A stretch of 61,835 bases of DNA from Verrucomicrobiota bacterium (GTDB lineage: Bacteria > Verrucomicrobiota > Verrucomicrobiia > Verrucomicrobiales > DEV007). The notes beneath the pieces were generated by a model. That model ran no database searches, had not been told where the DNA came from, and saw nothing but the letters and a program-made list of their open reading frames with translations. The DNA lies in contig JASFYY010000009.1 in NCBI GenBank assembly GCA_045046875.1, forward strand, positions 1 to 61,835, read 5' to 3'. Every line of letters begins with the position of its first letter. Within the stretch, counting starts at the first letter, position 1. Below, piece by piece: positions 16,813-26,234 of the stretch. The translations under genes were made by a program, and so were the position numbers.

Positions 16813-19041
16813 ATGAAGCATAATAAAATGATGAACAAAATGTTGGCCGCTTTGATCGGCGGGGTGTTGATCTCGTCATCGATCGGTGCGAATGCCCGGT
16901 TATGGAAAGACCAAAAGGGGCATGAAGTGGAGGCTGAATACTTGGGTTATGAAAAAACACCCCAGGGTTTGATGATCAAACTGAAATCGGCAAACGGGGA
17001 TATCAAATTGCCTTTTGCGCAGTTGAGTGCGGCGGATCAGACTTATGTGAAAGCGCAGGCAGCGGCTCAAGCTCCGACGCTCTCCGGAACGCCCTCGCAG
17101 AAGATTGATCAGATGATCATGGCAAAATTGAAAGCTGCCAATGGTGAAATCCGTGCACGCGGCGCGCTTTTGTCGAAAGAAAAAGGCCTGAGCAAGCTGG
17201 AGCGGAAGAAAAAGGCTGAGGAGTTGGTGTATGAGGAAAAAATGACTTTGCCCAACAAGCGGATGACAGATCAGCAATTTGTGCGCCGGGTTTATCTGGA
17301 CATCGCCGGTCGCATTCCCACTTATAACGAAGCGGTGGATTTCCTCGAAGCCGGTGGCAAAGGCAAGCGCGCCAAGTTGATTGACGAACTGCTCGACTCC
17401 GAGGCTTATGTCATGAATATGTTTAACTGGTATAGTGATCTGTTGCGTATCCGCGATGGAGTGGTCATGGGTGGAGGTGGCCAGTTGAAAGCTATTGGTT
17501 ACGTGGATTGGGTCAAGGACAGTATCCGTGAGAACAAGCACTTTGATAAGTTGGTGGAAGAAATGCTGACGGCTACAGGAACCTTGTGGGACAATCCGGC
17601 GACGGGTTATCTGGTCACGGATAATGGCATGCCACTGTGTAACCTGTCTAATACCTTTACGGTGTTTCTGGGGACGGAAATTACCTGCGCGCAATGTCAC
17701 GACCATCCTTTTGAAGAAGTTTATCAGATGGACTTTTATAAAATGGCTTCGTTTTTCGGCGAAACCAATACCCGCGGAGGCGGAAGCATGATGGCGATGG
17801 GGAAAAAGAACAGCTCCCGCGGCGAGCGTGACCGTTTGAACAAGCTGTTGTTGGACGGTGGCAAATTGCGTAAAAACGCTAAAACGGATAATCAGTTGAA
17901 TCAGATTCTGGGCACGTATGGCTATAATGTGAACGATGGCGGAGGAAACAAAGTCAAGCTTCCTCACGATTACAAGTATGACGACGCGGATCCTAGTTCT
18001 TCTGTAGCTCCCGCTGCTTATTTCGGTGAGAAGGTGGATGTTAGTAAATTTGAAAGTCCTCGTCAGGCATTCGCCGAGTGGATGACTTCAAAAGAAAATC
18101 CGCGTTTCACGGTTAACCTGGTGAACCGTTTGTGGAAACGTGCTTTTGGGTTGGCTCAGATTGAACCCGTGGATAACATTCCGGGTGATCTTGGAGGTCA
18201 GGCACAGAATAAGGAATTGCTGACATTTTTGGAAGATACGATGCACGAGCTGGACTTTGATGTGAAAGGGTTCATGCGTATTTTATACAATACGAATGCT
18301 TATCAGCGTGAAGCTTGCCATGTGTCGCCGACTTTGACTCAGATTGACCGTGGCGAGTATCACTTCGCCGAGCCGATTTTGCGCCGCATGACAGCAGAGC
18401 AGATCTGGGACTCGCTGGTGACCCTGACGACCTCCAACCCGGAGTCGATGCAACGCCGGGGTTTGGAAGACTATCAGGCAGTGATGAACACTGATTTGTC
18501 CACTTTGAAAACGGCGGATGCGGTGATGAATTTCAAGAAGCAGTTTGCCTCTGTAGGGGCGATCAAAGGGATGAGCGGAGAAATGGGAAGTAAAGAGGCT
18601 ATGGCCGCTTCGAGAGTGGGAGGAGAGCAGATGGTGAGAGCTTCCGAGCTGTCATTACCGCAACGTCCGGGAACTTTCCTGCGCATGTTTGGCCAATCCA
18701 ACAAGCAGCTGATTGAGAACAATACCACCCAGGGATCAACCCCGCAGGTGATGGCTTTGTTGAATGGTAAAATTACTAACCAGGTGCTGACCAACGCCAA
18801 GGCTCATCTGGTGAATGAAGTGGTGAACAATACCCGGGGTAAAGGGGGCAAAACCGAGAAAATCTTCATGAGTATTTTGGGGCGTTTTCCTACTTCCGAG
18901 GAAAAGAGCGCGGCTTCCAGTGGAATGCGTGTCTCCAAAGACAAGGACAAGCAGATGAGTAAGGAGGCGATGGAAGTTGCCAAGATGGGAAATGTGATCT
19001 GGGCACTATTGAATACCCGGGAATTCCTCTTCATTCAATAA
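16813..19041 (+). CDS. SHD1-like + DUF1549/DUF1553 protein with CxxCH
   Basis: N-terminal RLWKD..G...EAE...LSAADQ.YV; FVRRVYLDIAGRIPT, CAQCHDHP, VNRLW, RRMTAEQIWDS, WALLNTREF. Confidence 0.9.
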   Translation: MKHNKMMNKMLAALIGGVLISSSIGANARLWKDQKGHEVEAEYLGYEKTPQGLMIKLKSANGDIKLPFAQLSAADQTYVKAQAAAQAPTLSGTPSQKIDQMIMAKLKAANGEIRARGALLSKEKGLSKLERKKKAEELVYEEKMTLPNKRMTDQQFVRRVYLDIAGRIPTYNEAVDFLEAGGKGKRAKLIDELLDSEAYVMNMFNWYSDLLRIRDGVVMGGGGQLKAIGYVDWVKDSIRENKHFDKLVEEMLTATGTLWDNPATGYLVTDNGMPLCNLSNTFTVFLGTEITCAQCHDHPFEEVYQMDFYKMASFFGETNTRGGGSMMAMGKKNSSRGERDRLNKLLLDGGKLRKNAKTDNQLNQILGTYGYNVNDGGGNKVKLPHDYKYDDADPSSSVAPAAYFGEKVDVSKFESPRQAFAEWMTSKENPRFTVNLVNRLWKRAFGLAQIEPVDNIPGDLGGQAQNKELLTFLEDTMHELDFDVKGFMRILYNTNAYQREACHVSPTLTQIDRGEYHFAEPILRRMTAEQIWDSLVTLTTSNPESMQRRGLEDYQAVMNTDLSTLKTADAVMNFKKQFASVGAIKGMSGEMGSKEAMAASRVGGEQMVRASELSLPQRPGTFLRMFGQSNKQLIENNTTQGSTPQVMALLNGKITNQVLTNAKAHLVNEVVNNTRGKGGKTEKIFMSILGRFPTSEEKSAASSGMRVSKDKDKQMSKEAMEVAKMGNVIWALLNTREFLFIQ

Positions 19042-19103
19042 TTGAGAGGGACAAAAAAAGCTGTTGCTGATTTAAAATAAAAACTGAGAAAGGAAATCGA
19101 ATA

Positions 19104-20414
19104 ATGAAACAAGGTCTGAATAGTCTGGACGGTCAGAGTCGCCGTAAATTCATGATGAACGCGGCAAAAAGCGCGTTGGGAGTGAGCATGGTTCCAATGT
19201 TGGGAAATAGTAATGTGTATGGTGCTGCCACGGGTGGCAAAGCCGAGCACTGTATTTTCTTTTACATGAGTGGGGGCATGACCCATCTCGATACTTTTGA
19301 TCCTAAACCCGGGGCTGAAACCCAGGGGAAAACCGGCACGGCTAAAACGCCGGTCGCGGGGATTGAACTTTCCGAATTTTTGCCTGGATTGGCGGAGCGG
19401 TTCAAGGATATCGCCTTGGTGCGTTCGATGCAATTGTTAACCGCGGATCATCGTGGAGCCAGTTATCAGTTGCACACGGCTTACAGCCGCAAAGCGACGA
19501 TCATTCATCCAACCACGGGTCCGTGGGCACAGCGTCTGCTGGGCAAAAAACATGAAACCTTACCGGACAGTGTGGTGATCGGAGGAGGGGGTAATCATTC
19601 AGGGTCCGGTTTCATGGGGCCGCTGTTGAGCCCGTTGCCGATCGGTGATCCGGAGAAAGGTATTCAGAATGTGAAAGCGACGGTGGATGAACGCGCTTTT
19701 GGTAAACGCATGAAGATGATCGATACCTTTGATGCTAGTTTCCAAAGTAAGTTCAAGACCAAGGAGGTGAAAGCTTATTCGGACTTTTACGATGAAACTT
19801 TGAAACTGATGGAGAGTGAGGATTTGGAGGTGTTTGATCTCACTAAAGAGAAAAAGGAAAAACGTGATACTTACGGCATGAACCGATTGGGGCAAGGCGC
19901 TTTGCTGGCCAAACGATTGGTGGCAAACGGAGTGCGCCACGTTGAAGTCACTTATGGTGGATGGGATATGCACAATGATTTGTGGAACGTGATCCCCGAA
20001 CGCGCGGGCGTGATGGATAAGGCTATTTCCGCTCTGATCGACGATTTGAAAGCTGAAGGGCTTTTTGACAAGACCTTGATTGTATTGGGTTCCGAGTTCG
20101 GCAGAACTCCACGGATCAACGCCAATGGTGGTCGTGATCACCACTCGGCTGTGTTCACCACGATGTGGGCAGGTGGAGGTATTGTTGGAGGCCAGGTGTA
20201 TGGTTCTTCCGACGATAAGGGAGTCGCGCCGAAGGAGGATAAAGTTAGTGCCAAAGAGCACAATGCTACGATCGCTTACGCGATGGGCATGCCTTTGGAT
20301 AAAGTGATTTATGCTCCATCGGGTCGCCCCTTCATGGTGGCGGGACACAAGTTGGATCCGAAGACTAATGAAATGGTGCCGGAAGCGGAGCCGATCATGC
20401 AGCTATTTTCTTAG
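19104..20414 (+). CDS. DUF1501 domain protein (Tat signal)
   Basis: SRRKFM, GGMTHLDTFDPKP, WDMH, SEFGRTP, GRDH. Confidence 0.93.
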   Translation: MKQGLNSLDGQSRRKFMMNAAKSALGVSMVPMLGNSNVYGAATGGKAEHCIFFYMSGGMTHLDTFDPKPGAETQGKTGTAKTPVAGIELSEFLPGLAERFKDIALVRSMQLLTADHRGASYQLHTAYSRKATIIHPTTGPWAQRLLGKKHETLPDSVVIGGGGNHSGSGFMGPLLSPLPIGDPEKGIQNVKATVDERAFGKRMKMIDTFDASFQSKFKTKEVKAYSDFYDETLKLMESEDLEVFDLTKEKKEKRDTYGMNRLGQGALLAKRLVANGVRHVEVTYGGWDMHNDLWNVIPERAGVMDKAISALIDDLKAEGLFDKTLIVLGSEFGRTPRINANGGRDHHSAVFTTMWAGGGIVGGQVYGSSDDKGVAPKEDKVSAKEHNATIAYAMGMPLDKVIYAPSGRPFMVAGHKLDPKTNEMVPEAEPIMQLFS

Positions 20415-20448
20415 AAAGGGAGACGCCCCCTTTTTAAGCGAAAGGTAA

Positions 20449-20480
20449 GAAAAACCCGAGGGGAAACCCTCGGGTTTTTC
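20449..20480 (+). terminator. Rho-independent terminator
   Basis: GAAAAACCCGAGGG-gaaa-CCCTCGGGTTTTTC perfect hairpin after the DUF1501 gene. Confidence 0.85.
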
Positions 20481-20594
20481 GTTGCAATGAGGAAGAGAGT
20501 TTTGATTCGTACAGGAAAAAAGGAATCGGTGATCGACAGGATGAAGATCTCTTGCCATGATAGGAACAATTGAATCGAGGTTTTGATCTCTCCC

Positions 20595-21881
20595 ATGGAA
20601 AACAACGAGGCTCAGCAACAAGATCTGGATGATCCGGTCAGAGGATCGGTGCATTCCGATTTTGGCAGGCATTCCCGGGAAGTGGCTTATCTGGAAGCGG
20701 TGATTGATAACTTGCCAGTGGGTTTGTTTGCTAAAGATGCATCGGATGGGTTTCGTTTTGTTTTGTGGAATAAGAAGCAAGAAGAGATCACTTCGATACC
20801 TTGTGAACAGGCATTGGGGAAAAATGATCACGAATTATTTTCCCCGGATTCAGCGGCTTATTTCCGTCAAGTGGACGAACTGGTGATTGCCCGGAAGCGT
20901 AAGTTCGAGGTGTCGGAAGAGATTGTGGATACGCCGGAATCCGGGGAGGTCTGGTTGCACACCATCAAGGTGCCGATTGATGATGTGGAGGGGCAACGGA
21001 CTTTGGTGGTGGGGATCAGTGAAGACATCACCGAGCAAGTGCATGCGAGTGAGCAGTTGGCGGCTTTGAATGAAAATTTAACCGAAGCGAATCAGGAACT
21101 GAAGACGACGCAGTTGCAACTGATCCAGGCAGAAAAAATGGAGTCGGTGGGGCGACTGGCGGCGGGGGTGGCTCACGAGGTTAAAAACCCGCTGGCCTTG
21201 TTATTGTTGGGAGTGGAATATTTAAGTGGAGGTATTGATCCCTGTGATCCGAATGTCGAGGAGATCTTGAAGGAAATGCGCGAGGCGGTTGAGCGGGCGG
21301 ATAAAATCATCAGGGGTTTGGTTGATTTTTCTTCACAGCGGCAGTTGGAGATGGAGCCAACCCAACTGTGTGATTTGGTCGAGCACTCGTTGTTGTTGGT
21401 TCGGCATGAGCTGAAAAAAGATAATATTGAGGTGGTCACTCGTTTTGAAAAAGACCTGCCGGATCTAAAACTTGATAGCGCCAAGTTCGAGCAGGTGTTG
21501 GTGAACCTATTGATCAACGCCGTGCATGCGATGGAGGATACGGTGAAACCAAAATTGGAAATTATTTTGTCATCAGCGAAGCTGGAAGGAGTCGAGCGGG
21601 ATGAAGGTTTGCGGACGGCGGATCATTTACGCAACGGGGATGAGGTGGTGCTTTTGAAGCTGAAAGATAATGGTGGTGGAATTTCAGAGGAAAATCTACA
21701 GAAAATATTCGATCCGTTTTTTACGACCAAATCAACGGGAATAGGTACGGGATTAGGGCTTTCTGTGGTGCGTAAAATTGTTGAGCTGCACAATGGAGGA
21801 ATTGATGTGAGGAACCGTTTGTTGGGCGGAGTGCAAATAACGATTACTTTGAAAGCTCCTACCAGAGGTGGAACGAGTTGA
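20595..21881 (+). CDS. Cytoplasmic PAS/PAC sensor histidine kinase
   Basis: PAS domain; H-box AHEVKNP, N-box QVLVNLLINA, DNGGG, FDPFFTTK, GTGLGL; no TM. Confidence 0.93.
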   Translation: MENNEAQQQDLDDPVRGSVHSDFGRHSREVAYLEAVIDNLPVGLFAKDASDGFRFVLWNKKQEEITSIPCEQALGKNDHELFSPDSAAYFRQVDELVIARKRKFEVSEEIVDTPESGEVWLHTIKVPIDDVEGQRTLVVGISEDITEQVHASEQLAALNENLTEANQELKTTQLQLIQAEKMESVGRLAAGVAHEVKNPLALLLLGVEYLSGGIDPCDPNVEEILKEMREAVERADKIIRGLVDFSSQRQLEMEPTQLCDLVEHSLLLVRHELKKDNIEVVTRFEKDLPDLKLDSAKFEQVLVNLLINAVHAMEDTVKPKLEIILSSAKLEGVERDEGLRTADHLRNGDEVVLLKLKDNGGGISEENLQKIFDPFFTTKSTGIGTGLGLSVVRKIVELHNGGIDVRNRLLGGVQITITLKAPTRGGTS

Positions 21882-21906
21882 CATGAAGGGCGGATTTCCG
21901 CAAAAT
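21878..21906 (+). promoter_or_regulatory. Putative sigma70 promoter for the response regulator
   Basis: TTGACA-17 bp-CAAAAT, then AAGGAG SD before ATG 21947. Confidence 0.45.
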
Positions 21907-21946
21907 AAAAGAAGGTATTATTAACATACTATAAAAGGAGAATAAC

Positions 21947-22336
21947 ATGATTCGTAGGATTTTAGTGGTAGATGACGAGACGGGGTTCACAAAACTCTTA
22001 AAAATGAACTTGGAGAAAACCGAGCAGTATGAGGTGCGGGTGGAAAATGACTCCACTAAGGCGTTGAATGCGGCTCATGAGTTTTTACCCGATGTGGTGC
22101 TATTGGATATCGTCATGCCGGGTATGGACGGTGGGGACGTTGCCGCCCAGATGCAGGATGACCCCTTGCTGCAGAGCATACCGGTGGTCATGATGACGGC
22201 CTTGGTTTCCCAGGAAGAGACTAGCCAGGATGCGGTGGCTCAAGCAGGGGCGATGAATATTTTGCCCAAGCCGGTGAATCTGGAAGTGCTGTTACGCTGC
22301 CTGGAGGAAGTATTGGCTAAAGGCAGCGGTAGCTAA
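21947..22336 (+). CDS. Single-domain response regulator (CheY-like)
   Basis: ILVVDDE, LLDIVMPGMDG, TA, KP motifs. Confidence 0.93.
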   Translation: MIRRILVVDDETGFTKLLKMNLEKTEQYEVRVENDSTKALNAAHEFLPDVVLLDIVMPGMDGGDVAAQMQDDPLLQSIPVVMMTALVSQEETSQDAVAQAGAMNILPKPVNLEVLLRCLEEVLAKGSGS

Positions 22337-22354
22337 TCTCTAATTTTCGTTTTC

Positions 22355-23455
22355 CTATTTGACCGTAACGGTGGCGCCGGGTCGGACGAGTGTGGGCAGG
22401 CGGATGGCGTCCCAGTTGGCCAGGCGGATACAACCGGCACTGCGGGCACGGCCGATGGTGTCGGGGTTGTTGGTGCCATGGAGGCCGATTCCGGATTTGC
22501 TCAAACCCGCCCACAGGATGCCGACGGGATTGTTGGGTCCCGGAGGGATGGTGTAGAAGTCGTCGCTGCGTACACCTTCATTGAGCATCTTGCGGTCGTA
22601 GCGGAATTCAGGAGTGGTGACCATGTTGACGATCTTCCATTCGCCGCGCGGGATAAATTTTTCTTTTCCCGGGGTGATGGGAAAGGTGGCGATGACCTGT
22701 TTCTTTTCGATGATAGAAACGATTTTGGTATCGGTATCGACGAACAAATGACGCTGACTCAATATGGGGTCTTCGGAATATTGGTCGTGTTTTTTGACAT
22801 CTTCGATGCGGAAAGGAACGACGTTGGGCACGCTTAATACATCGCCGACTTTTAAGCGGTCAAGATTGATGCCTGGGTTGAGTTTGTGGAGAAAATTCCA
22901 GTTGGTGTGATAGCGCTCGGTGACAAATTCGGCGAGGCTGCGGTAATACATGTATTTGACGCTTTCTTGTTCGGACAGTTTTTTAGGAACCCGGCCAACG
23001 TAGCTGAGATCTCCTCTTTTGATGGTGTATTTGTTGTAAACAAATTTGATCCCGAGTTGGGAATCCCTTAATACCTGATACCAGTTGGCTGGGTCAGGGT
23101 TTTTGACATAGCGTTTATTATAAGCCGTTACAGCGAGGCGAGTGAATTCGCCTAGGGCGCCATCGATAACCCCGGGGCCAAAATGCTTGCGGTCGAGATA
23201 GATCTGGACACGGGTGATGACCTCACTCTCTTCTTTACCTGGTTCAGGGGCGATACGCGGCTTAAAAAGCCCCTGAGCACGGACAAAATCAGCGACGGGT
23301 GAAAAAAACGTGATGCCGATGATGAGCAATAAAACGACAGGTAAAACGCGTTTCAGAAACGAACTCTGTTTAGAACGTTTTTCACGTTTGCTCGGAGACT
23401 TACGTTTGGCGCGGGTTTTGCGTTTTGCCGGGGCTTTGCGTTTGGCACGAGGCAT
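22355..23455 (-). CDS. L,D-transpeptidase (YkuD) with PG-binding/LysM-like domains
   Basis: PPGPNNPVG, GIGLHGT, SAGCIRL catalytic motifs; IDGALG..T. Confidence 0.9.
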   Translation of the reverse strand: MPRAKRKAPAKRKTRAKRKSPSKREKRSKQSSFLKRVLPVVLLLIIGITFFSPVADFVRAQGLFKPRIAPEPGKEESEVITRVQIYLDRKHFGPGVIDGALGEFTRLAVTAYNKRYVKNPDPANWYQVLRDSQLGIKFVYNKYTIKRGDLSYVGRVPKKLSEQESVKYMYYRSLAEFVTERYHTNWNFLHKLNPGINLDRLKVGDVLSVPNVVPFRIEDVKKHDQYSEDPILSQRHLFVDTDTKIVSIIEKKQVIATFPITPGKEKFIPRGEWKIVNMVTTPEFRYDRKMLNEGVRSDDFYTIPPGPNNPVGILWAGLSKSGIGLHGTNNPDTIGRARSAGCIRLANWDAIRLPTLVRPGATVTVK

Positions 23456-23491
23456 AGTGGGACAAGGAAGGCTGGAATTCTGATAATTATA

Positions 23492-24730
23492 TCAGTTGAG
23501 TGTCTCCGCGTCGAGTCCAAAGGCACTGTGCACAGCTCTCGCCGCATCATCGATCTGGTCATTACTGACGGTGACGGTGATTTTGATTTCCGAGGTGGAG
23601 ATCATCTGAATGTTGATGCCTGCTTTTGACAGGGTATCGAACATCTGGGCTGCCACGCCGGAATGGGAGCGCATGCCGATGCCGACCACGCTCAGTTTGG
23701 CGATGCCTTCCTGGGAAATGAGTTCGACCTTCTCACCGATATCAGGCAGCACAGCGTTGAGTGTTTTTTCCGCCTTGGCGAGATCCGACTGTCCTACGGT
23801 GAAGGAAATGTCGGTGGTGCCGGTTTTTGATACGTTTTGCACGATCATGTCGACTATGACATTGGCCTCGGCAATGGCGGAGAAAACTTTTCCAGCCGTG
23901 CCGGGTTGATCCCGCACTCCGGCGATGGTGATTTTGGCTTGATCGCGCTCTAGGCTGATCCCACGAATGACAACGGATTCCATGCTCATAGTTTCTTCGG
24001 TGACAATTGTTCCAGATTCTTGATTCAAGCTGCTGCGGACTTCAAAGCGCACGCCGAATTTTTTGGCAAATTCAACTGAACGCGATTGCATGACCTTGGA
24101 TCCGGAGCTGGCCATCTCCAGCATCTCATCGTAGCTGATTTCTTCGATTTTTTGGGCGGTTTTTACCACCCGTGGGTCACAGGTGTAAACGCCGTTCACG
24201 TCGGTGTAAATTTGGCAGAGTTGCGCGTCGACGGCGGCAGCCATGGCGATGGCAGTGAGGTCGGAGCCTCCACGTCCGAGAGTGGTGATATAACCTTCCG
24301 GACTGCGCCCTTGGAAGCCAGCGAGAATGACGATGTTGCCGTCGTTGAGTAGTCGATGGACTTCGTCCGGGGTGATATTGGAGATGCGTGCGCGGGTATG
24401 GACGCCGTCGGTTTGGATTCCGGCCTGGGCACCGGTCAGAGACACCGCTTTGCCGCCCATGGAATTGATCGCCATGGAGATCAGCGCGATGGTGGTTTGT
24501 TCTCCGGTGGAGAGCAGCACGTCCATTTCGCGTTCGGTCGCGCTTTGTGTTTTACCGGTGACTTCTTCCGAGAGCTCAATGAGTCGGTTGGTGACCCCGC
24601 TCATAGCAGAAACCACAGCGATAATCTGGTCGCCTGCCTGGTGTGAATCAAGGATACGGCGTGCCACGTTGCGGATCCGCTCTGCAGATCCGACCGAGGT
24701 GCCTCCGTATTTCTGGACAATTAGACTCAT
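23492..24730 (-). CDS. lysC: Aspartate kinase
   Basis: VQKYGGTSV, TTLGRGGSD, YTDVNG, two ACT domains, STSEIK. Confidence 0.96.
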   Translation of the reverse strand: MSLIVQKYGGTSVGSAERIRNVARRILDSHQAGDQIIAVVSAMSGVTNRLIELSEEVTGKTQSATEREMDVLLSTGEQTTIALISMAINSMGGKAVSLTGAQAGIQTDGVHTRARISNITPDEVHRLLNDGNIVILAGFQGRSPEGYITTLGRGGSDLTAIAMAAAVDAQLCQIYTDVNGVYTCDPRVVKTAQKIEEISYDEMLEMASSGSKVMQSRSVEFAKKFGVRFEVRSSLNQESGTIVTEETMSMESVVIRGISLERDQAKITIAGVRDQPGTAGKVFSAIAEANVIVDMIVQNVSKTGTTDISFTVGQSDLAKAEKTLNAVLPDIGEKVELISQEGIAKLSVVGIGMRSHSGVAAQMFDTLSKAGINIQMISTSEIKITVTVSNDQIDDAARAVHSAFGLDAETLN

Positions 24731-24808
24731 GGTTTATAAAAAAAGCTCGGCATGACTTATGCCGTAAGTGGAGCCAATGTCCAATGACTTCTTGTTGATG
24801 CGGAGCGC

Positions 24809-26173
24809 TCAGGCCCGATTAGCACGGATGAATTCGCGAATGGCGGATGCCTTGGCCGCTTGCGGGTAAGTGACGGGTGTGCGCTGCTTGAGTTTTTCCA
24901 GGGAAGGGTGGGTGGGGTGCTGGCCGATCGCGTCGTGGATGGTATCGGGGAATTTGGCCGGGTGGGCGGTGGAGAGCACGATGTTGGTGTGTGACCGGTC
25001 CAGATCTTTGAAAGCGCAGGCGGTGTGGGGATCGACGATGTAGTTATGATCCCGGTAGACCTGCTGGATCAGCGAAGTGATGTCTTCATCGGAGCTGTGG
25101 GTGGCTTTGAAAGCGTCGCTATCAAAGTCGGGGATCTGTAAATCTTCGCCATCGCCGATGCGTTGCATGATTTCACTGACCTGTTGCCCGTTTTCTTTGA
25201 GATGGTAAAAAAGGAAACGCTCAAAATTGGATGCGACCTGGATATCCATCGAGGGGGCGAGGCTGGCGTTGACGTCGCCGGGTTGGTAGGAGCCACTGGT
25301 GAATAGGCGGTAGAGGATGTCGTTGCGGTTGGTGGCGATGCTGTAGTGTTTGGCGGGCAGTCCCATTTTGCCAGCCAGCCAGCCGGCGAGGATGTTGCCG
25401 AAGTTGCCGGTGGGCACCACAAAGGTTGGATCGTTGGCACGCGCGGCGGCGGGCAATTGAGCCCAGGCGTGGAAGTAATAGATGGCTTGGGCCAGCACTC
25501 GGGCGAGGTTGATGGAGTTGATCGCTGACAGTCCGACTTCGGCTTTGAATTCGAGATCGCCAAAAAGTTCTTTTACCATTAACTGGGCATCGTCGAAGGA
25601 ACCTTCGATGGGGATGGGGAAAATGTTGTCGGCTGCCGTGCAGGTCATCTGGCGCTCTTGCAGCGGAGAGATTCTGCCCTTGGGGTAGAGGATGAAAACG
25701 TTGACGCCTTTTTTTCCAGCCAGCCCATGGATGGCGGCCGAACCGGTATCGCCTGATGTGGCACCGAGCACGTTGATCGCTTGACCGCTGCGTTGGATTT
25801 GATCTTCGAAGAGGTTGCCGACTAGTTGCAGGCCGAAGTCCTTGAAAGCGAGAGTGGGGCCATGGAAAAGCTCGAGCACAAACAAGTCGTCGGTGAGTTG
25901 GCGCAAAGGTGCGGTGGAGGCATCGTCGAAGGTGCCTTGATAGGATCGGTCGATGAGGAGTTTCAGTTCATCGGCGCTGTGGTCGGTGTCGAAGTGGCGG
26001 AGGAATTCAAAAGCCAGGTTGGCGTAGGACTCAGCTGAGCCATTGAGCAGCGAGTCAGGCATTGGTGGCAAAGATTCTGGAACGTAAAGGCCTCCGTCGG
26101 GGGCCAGTCCCGAGGCAAAGGCGTCACGGAAACCAAGGGCTGGTGAAGCGCTGCGAGTGCTTTGAAATTTCAT
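24809..26173 (-). CDS. thrC: Threonine synthase
   Basis: GLAPDGGLY, LFHGPTLAFKD, ATSGDTG, NSIN..R, PTGNFG, TAHPAKF. Confidence 0.96.
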   Translation of the reverse strand: MKFQSTRSASPALGFRDAFASGLAPDGGLYVPESLPPMPDSLLNGSAESYANLAFEFLRHFDTDHSADELKLLIDRSYQGTFDDASTAPLRQLTDDLFVLELFHGPTLAFKDFGLQLVGNLFEDQIQRSGQAINVLGATSGDTGSAAIHGLAGKKGVNVFILYPKGRISPLQERQMTCTAADNIFPIPIEGSFDDAQLMVKELFGDLEFKAEVGLSAINSINLARVLAQAIYYFHAWAQLPAAARANDPTFVVPTGNFGNILAGWLAGKMGLPAKHYSIATNRNDILYRLFTSGSYQPGDVNASLAPSMDIQVASNFERFLFYHLKENGQQVSEIMQRIGDGEDLQIPDFDSDAFKATHSSDEDITSLIQQVYRDHNYIVDPHTACAFKDLDRSHTNIVLSTAHPAKFPDTIHDAIGQHPTHPSLEKLKQRTPVTYPQAAKASAIREFIRANRA

Positions 26174-26234
26174 GGATGAGTTATAGGCGAGAGCTGTGGC
26201 GAACGGAAAGTTTCAGCCTCTATGAACAGGGATC

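Noticed and set aside
16900..17967. Long antisense ORFs (this one, also 7792-8469, 19599-20348, 36918-37511, 59111-59968)
   Set aside because: They lie opposite well-supported genes, have no motifs, and are expected from codon bias.
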